The position numbers and the translations under genes are program-made. A model generated the notes under the pieces. It was not told the DNA's origin and made no database searches. It worked only from the letters and a program-made list of their open reading frames with translations. Of a stretch of 64,000 nt of DNA, positions 56,101-64,000 are shown one piece after another; position 1 is the stretch's first letter, and every line of letters begins with the position of its first letter. Source of the stretch: Camelus dromedarius. Taxonomy: Eukaryota. The stretch is taken from positions 77,996,001 through 78,060,000 of the forward strand of contig NC_087445.1 in the NCBI RefSeq assembly GCF_036321535.1. Reading direction: 5' to 3'.

Positions 56101-59100
56101 AGAGGCACACGGGGGAGGGAGCCAAGTCCCCGTCCGCACCGCCCGCCACCCAGGGCACACCCGCCTCTGACCACTGCTGGCGCCTTCCGGAGCGTCCCAG
56201 CCCTCCAGTTCCACCGCTGACACGAGAGTGACGGCCTCTGCACAAAAACACACCGCCTCTCACTTACGAGCAGGGAACATCATCCACGTTTCGGGCACGA
56301 GCAGGAGGAATTTCATAAGTTTCCAAAATTGGAGTTTCTAGAGCAAATGGCGGGCGCGTTAGTGTTAGAGGTGCTCCAGGGAAGCCCTGCCCACCCCTCC
56401 GGCTGCTACCGGCCAGGGCCCAGCATCCACCAGGGCCGATGGTGCCCTTGGCCTTGGCCCTGAATGGGGCTGTCCCCAAGTCCCCCTCACAGTGAGGGAG
56501 GCGGCGTTGGGAGGTGGGCAAGGGGCCGGCTCACACCCAGCAGCCTCGAGAAGCCACCCTCTCTGCGGCCCCGGACCCCCCCTCTCCCTGACTGCCCACA
56601 GTGTGCCCACGGGGGCACTTTGAGGACGTGAGCACGCAGGGCGGGCAGGAGGGCACCTCTGTCCCAGTCACCCTGGGACTGGCCCAGAGATGCTCTCCCA
56701 TTTCTTTCCTTTTTCAGTTTCATGAGCCCACATACCAAGTACCGTCAGGAAGGCTGCCCCCTGGTGGGGGGGCTGACAAAAGAGGATTTTAACAGAAGAG
56801 GATTTTTAACTCCTACTTTTGAGTTTCCAGCATTTTCTGATTTTCATATAATCAGAATCCAAAAAATAAATTCACATTAAATAGAAGGCAATTTGTTTTC
56901 ATCATAATTTTATATTTCTAAGGAAAAATAGCCATCGCCTGCAACCCCGGCCACCCCCGGACGCCCCAGGAGTCTGACGGGCTGCAGTCAGGCACACGGT
57001 CAGCCTGCGGGCTACTGAGCCGCTGGGGCGGCTCGTTGTCTCCTTGTAGGCATTGAATGCCTTTTTCCCGGGCTCTCCTGGGCAGCTTGGCGACAAGTGA
57101 GGAGGGCTGGCGGTGTGCTCGGGCTGCTGTGCACGGCGGGACAGCGTCATGACGCTGGTGGTGAACTCGGTACCCTTTCCCCCTCCGTGCACCCCTCTCC
57201 CCAACACAGACAAGTGTCCTCCAGGGTGCTGACCACCCTCCCGGCTCCAGGATGGGTCCGATCGACCTAATGGTGACCCATCCCTCTGGTCGGTGACTGT
57301 TCGAACCCTCAAGTAGAGCTGGGGAGAGTTCCCCAGGCCGTCAAAGGCAGCACCACTGCTGACTTCCAGCCACGAGGAAGGGGCACCCAGACAAAGCAAC
57401 AGGATGTGTCTCCAAAACCGCAGCCACTGACCTTTCAGACTCCAGCGGTGAGCCGTGCCCATCTGCAAGCGCTGACGTCCTCGCCAACAATGGTGCAGGT
57501 CACGGCCCCCACGGAACACAGCACCCGCATCCGTGTGCGCGCGGCTTCGGCTGGCTCGGCCGGTAGCTGGCTTGGAGCCCCAGCGTGGACCGCCCGACAG
57601 CGGGCCAGGCGGGCCGCTAAGTTCCAGGGGTCAGTTCGACAACCACCACCTTTCATAAGCTAGAGAAATCACGAGCTCTGTCTTGCTCACAGTTTGCAGG
57701 GCCCCGTCTGCCTTCTTTGTTTCGGGGAAGGGGAGCTGTTGCAGGTCACGGAGGGAACGCTCCCAGAGCCAGAGGGGAGAGGCCAGGACTCCCTCCTCGC
57801 CGCGGGCTCTGCCCCAGCCCCAGCGGCGGGAACTCCTTGCAGCCCTGTGGGCGCCATTGTGGGAGCACTTCCAGGCCCCCCTTTGCCTGGGTTGAGGGGC
57901 AGAGCTGCCTCCAGATCAGCCTGACGCCTCCCTTTTCACAACTTCACAGACATGCGCGTCTCACCCTGTGATGTTCGTCCACCCCAGTGTGCAACTCAGC
58001 GATGCTTAGGGTGTTGGTAGCTCTGTGAGGGCTTCAGGAAAACCGAGTTTTTGAACATTCCCATCATCCCCAGAAAGGCAACATCCTGGTTGCCAACAAG
58101 GAGGGTCTTGTCCCTGGTCCCCAGTGAGTGGTCCAGGGCTCTGTCATGTTCTGCACCCCCAGGTCCCCAGTCCCCCAAGTCCCCAGGCTGCCCCTGCTCA
58201 GAGGACCTCAGAGGGTAGAAAGCATTTTCCAAGGACCTGGAGGACAGTGGGTCACGGATGGAGAACCAAGTCCAACAGACTCTTCTGCAAGCTTGTGGGA
58301 CCTTAGGGGTCCCCCGTCTCGGCACCCCGCTTTACAGAGAGGGAGCTGAGGCCTCATCTCCCGTAGCCCCTCCACAATGGGTGGTCTCATCCCTGTTCCA
58401 GGACCCCCAGACCCTGTCTTCTCCAGGGAGCTCTAGGGGTGACCCCAGCCCAGGCAGTGCCCAGGGGACCCCCCCCATCAGCCTGCAATCTCTCCCTTCC
58501 CCATTCTGTGGGCCTGGGCATGCTGCTACGATGCTGGATACCCCTGCCCCTGGCAGAGCTGCCCCCAACCTCCTTCTCACCCCTCTCACTTCCCCCCTCA
58601 GGGCAGTCAGTCAGTGTGTGTGCGCGTGTGTGTGCGTGCGAGCGCGCGAGGCTACCCAGGGGAATGGGCCCCACATGCGAGGGGTGAGCAGGGGTCCCCC
58701 AAGATCTGAGGGGCTCTCATTCCCAGTGTAAACCCCAGGGGAGGGTTGAGTCTGGCCTGATACCAAATCTAGTACGTGGGCATTAAAACAGGGAATAAAA
58801 CCCAGCCCTGGTGCCACAGTGAGACACGGCCACAGGGCGCAGACCCAGCCAAGATCGTGGTGCGATGTCTCTGTCAAACCCGCAGAAGAATTCAGGTGCC
58901 AGGGAGGTTCTCAAGGAGCACACAAGGGCCTCCAGGATGCTCTAGGCTGAGAGCCCAAATCCCAGCCATCACACCTGGAGAGAGAGGCATGTTTCCTAAG
59001 GACCCTGGGGCTGGCTCGTGGCACCTGGAGGACATTGGCGTCAAACACAGAAAACCCTCCATGTGTCAGAAGAGCCCGGAGCTGAGACGTGGGCACGTGA

Positions 59101-59679
59101 TGCCTCAGGGCAACTTCTCCAGGCAGGAAACAGACCGAGGGCGTCGCACACTGAAGTGTGTCCTGATGCCTCCTTCAGACGTGGCCGAAGGGAGTGAACA
59201 CATGAGAGAGAAGTGTCTCAGAGGACAGAGCCCTGAGGACAATGCATCGGAGCCACCAAGCCAGGGCTTCAGGGACACCCACCCCCAGAGACCCGGCCTG
59301 CCAGCAGACGCGGAGCCCGCCACCCTTCCCCCACAGGATCGCCCAGCCCTTCGCCTGCTCTTGGTCCCCAGTGCTGAGCCCTGGGCCAGGGTCACTCCTA
59401 CTCTGGCTGGAAGGTGTGTGACGTAGGGGACCCCTGCAGGACGCAGACCACGAGACCCTGGATTCAAGCGTCGCGTCCTGGCTGGATGAGACTTGGGGAA
59501 CGTGAGACAGAAGGTGGGGGAAGACCCTCGAGGCGCAGAAGGGAGGTGAGCTGGTGTGGCCGAGAGCAAGGACTGAGCAGCAACTCGGAGGACGCGGCAG
59601 AGTGACTCTGTGCCTGTGTCGAGCTTTTGAAGGATTCCGGCTCCTTCCTGACCTGTGTGCCTTTGCCACGGCTGTGAGA

Positions 59680-59922
59680 CCAGCACGCCACGGTCAGCCC
59701 ACCACTTAAAGCACAAGGGGCTTGCGGAGCTAAGCCAGCTCAGACCAGCCCACCTCCTGCCAACACAAACCTGTGAAAAGAGATCCAGCTGAGAACCATG
59801 GAGCACAGGTGAGCCCGGCTGGCGCCAGCCGGTCCAAGCTGACACCCCGGCGGGAAAGCTAAACTGGTTTATGGCACCAAGACTTTGTGCTTGTTTGTTA
59901 CACGGCAGTAGCTGACTGATCC
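59680..59922 (+). mobile_element. MLT1-type LTR 3' portion
   Basis: Ends with ggtttatggcaccaagactttgtgcttgtttgttacacggcagtagctgactgat, typical of an MLT1 3' terminus. Confidence 0.6.
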
Positions 59923-60905
59923 TATTGTTTTCTCTTCAGGTGATCTCATCCATGCCTGCCACCTTCGTCACCAAATACACATGGGTGACGCCAAAGTATC
60001 TGCCTCTCACCCAGGCCTGGACTCCACCTCCCCCCAGAACACCTGCATTTGGGTGTCCCGGGGCTGCTCAAGCTCCGGCCCACCCCGGTCTTCTCCAGAC
60101 CACCGCGTTGCCTTTCCAAGTGGCCCAGAATCCGTGTCCCCATCTACATCTCCACCGCTCTGGGGTTTTTCAAAGACCGTTTATCTTCCAGGGAGGCCCT
60201 GTTCCCCGAGCCCCACCATCACTTTCTTAACTCCCACCGCCCTTCATTTCTCAGCTCGAATGTCTCTTCCTCCAAGAAGCTCTCTCTGACTCCTCATCCC
60301 TGTCCCGGAACAGGTGGGACCTGCCATTGTTTTGCAGTTGGCACCTGTAAGCGTGTCTCCCTGGGCCTGTAACTGTGTGCTCGGGTGACTGCGCTGGTGT
60401 CTGCATCCCCCAGTGACGGAGCTGCGTGTGCCTGTTTCGCTCACTGCCCCCCACGGCCAGCACCACACCCACCACGTGAATGCGCGGCGCTAGGCGAATG
60501 GCTTCCTGAGCAAGGACAGGATGTCAAGGAAGACACAGAAGGTGGCAGAGACGCTGCAGAGAAAGCATGAGGCAGGCCGCACCGGACCAGCCGTGGTCTG
60601 TTTCGCAGCAGGTAAGGGACGGCAGCGTGTTTCTGCCAGGGGATCCAGAGGACACAGGCAGAAGGGAGGCTCCTGGCTTGGCATCCCCTGGCCAGTCAGC
60701 ACGTGCCCTCCCACCCCTATCCCTTCGTGATGATAAAGGGCCCTGCTGGGCTCAAGTCGTGGCACCATCAACGGCTTGGGGTCACCAAACTCCTCTCAGC
60801 AAGCAGTTGGATATGCAGACCTGCAATTTGGAACAATGCTCCCAGGGTCCAGGGGGACCACAAGTCGAGCTTTAAAGGGGAGAGCTGGTGGACAGCAGCT
60901 TGCTC

Positions 60906-64000
<3,095 letters not shown>

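Noticed and set aside
55914-56231. ORF DKRATRELKRRGLTAFLGDLLP resembling a bHLH basic region; B-myc was considered because rodents carry it beside Lcn10
   Set aside because: The flanking nucleotides follow L1 ORF2/3' word order (e.g. gacccttatccccgcc..gacctaatg). I found no Myc box I (PSEDIWKKFEL) between the LCN1- and LCN10-type genes.

Overview
GC- and CpG-rich mammalian window orthologous to human 9q34.3. The tRNA-derived SINE copies and L1 3' ends point to a camelid. Three short N-gaps indicate a draft assembly. Gene order on the + axis: PPP1R26 (+, single coding exon, CpG-island promoter); PIERCE1/C9orf116 (-, 3 exons), head-to-head with MRPS2 (+, 4 exons); an intron-containing, truncated RALGDS-derived pseudogene (+); then a minus-strand lipocalin cluster. 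The cluster holds a possible very old lipocalin relic, an OBP2-type pseudogene, an intact LCN1/von Ebner gland/Can f 1-type gene and an LCN10-type gene whose first exon runs off the window end. Intergenic DNA carries L1 fragments, MLT1 and ERV1-type LTRs, SINEs and TG/CA low-complexity tracts. All exon structures were built by hand from GT-AG sites and frame continuity. Family names come from my recollection of the orthologous proteins, not from a database search. The most interesting items are the RALGDS relic, the mosaic similarity between the OBP2- and LCN1-type paralogs, and the MRPS2-LCN1-LCN10 adjacency, which differs from the human order.
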